Origin: Eledone cirrhosa
Taxonomy: Eukaryota
NCBI GenBank assembly: GCA_964016885.1
Contig: OZ024742.1
Coordinates: forward strand, 41,664,001-41,728,000
Length of the DNA: 64,000 nucleotides
Reading direction: 5' to 3'
Notes under the pieces: model-generated
The model's input: only the letters and a program-made list of their open reading frames with translations
Database searches by the model: none
Told to the model about the DNA's origin: nothing
Shown here: in pieces, positions 62,765 to 64,000 of the stretch
Layout: every line of letters starts with the position of its first letter
Numbering within the stretch: position 1 is the first letter of the stretch
Made by a program: the position numbers and the translations under genes

Positions 62765-63124
62765 AAATTGTCTTTCTTCTATATCACACTCAATAATATA
62801 ACATCAGTTATCACACCTCTTTTATTGAAATTATATTAAATAATAAATTTCTAGTTCTAGACTTACAATGATATTCTAAAACCTTCTAACTGTAAACTGT
62901 CTATAATATTAAATATCTTTAAGTCGTTTGGAAGCCTCGACAATGCAAATGGGTAAATCTCCGGGTAACAAGGTCCGGTGGTGGAGAGAGATGTAAGTGG
63001 GTGTACGTTGAGATGCGTGGTGTGTATAATATGTGTGAGATGTGTAGAATGAAGGGAAGAGTATAAAGGATAAAAATAAAAATAACAACACAAGAGAGAG
63101 TTACCTTGGGAGAGATTTAATAGT

Positions 63125-63160
63125 CCCTATATATTTCGGATTCACATCCATCAACTGGGG
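63125..63160 (-). ncRNA. Degenerate minimal hammerhead-like motif
   Basis: CCC-CAGTTGA-t-GGAT gtga ATCC-GAA-ATATAT-A-GGG; two core changes. Confidence 0.5.
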
Positions 63161-64000
63161 TTTTTTTCCAGGGTGGGGGAAAAGGTTGTCTGTCGGACAA
63201 CTCAGAACACGTCTTTCGCTGTTTGTTGATTTGAATATCTGAGGTATTCGGCCGAGCGCGCGTGCGCGTTAAATGGAGTCGGTCGTACAGAGATCAGCGG
63301 CCGAATGAGGGAGTGGGATGGCGCTAGCTGTCAGTCCATTCTCTGCCTGTTTGTTAAATGTAACTGTGTGTGTGCGTGTGTTGTTGTCTCGCTTGAGTGT
63401 GTGTGTGTGTGTTGTTGCCTTGTTCATCTGTATTGGCAGTGTAGTATGTTCGTATGGTGGAATGCTACTGTGTGTGTGTGCGTGTGTGTGTGTAGTTGTC
63501 TCGTTTGCGTGTGTGTGTGCGTGTGTTGTGTGTTGTTGCATCGCTTGTTAACTTAAACCAGCCATTTCATTTCGCTTCTCTCTGATCAGTTGTTTATTTG
63601 CGGTTGCAGTCGTTTGATAAAAAGCGCTTCCTTGATACGTAACGTGCCGACGTTTCTTTCAGTCGCTAGAATTGTGACAATGGGCCTTCCGTCTTTGTTT
63701 CCGCATTGTCTATAATATTTTATTTATTCAACATTACCTGACACTTGTTCTTTACTCATTTTTTCTACCACTTTCAAATCTGTCACTTACCTCTGATAAC
63801 CATATCTACCTCAAATTCCACCATTACATTATATACAGCTTAACTGAGGTCTTGCTCCAATAGTACACTAAATCATTGATTTATAGTATGTTATCTTGTT
63901 CAGTGTTCTGTTCTGCAATAATTCTCTATCTAATTATATGTTTCTAATTCTATTTAGAGGTATCTTTCAAATTCCACATCCTCCATTTCCATGTCTCAAC

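Overview
Eukaryotic, AT-rich, repeat-dominated DNA. The tandem single-exon C2H2 zinc-finger genes, the tRNA-type SINE and the RTE/Penelope content point to an octopod cephalopod (inference, no search run). The only plausible host genes are two paralogous poly-C2H2 ZNF genes on the minus strand (49751-50977 and 56237-57865), inside a ~6-7 kb tandem duplication. The first ~45 kb is a nest of mobile elements, most sitting in (TA)n microsatellites: five Penelope-like retroelements (one with an 876-codon open RT-GIY-YIG ORF), a nearly intact hATm-type DNA transposon, Helitrons, an L1/Tx1-like LINE and CRE/RTE fragments. The main result of reading the non-coding DNA by eye is about 20 type I hammerhead ribozyme (HHR) motifs from about 10 different sequence families. 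Some lie in PLE pseudo-LTRs. Others lie in small non-coding, terminally repeated 425-541 bp retrozyme-like units. They recurrently show palindromic stem III, non-canonical cores (U4A, U3-A8, U-U at the base of stem II), fold-back 5' inversions and a shared downstream YYGAGCACTY motif. All folds were paired by hand, and element boundaries are approximate unless terminal repeats are quoted.
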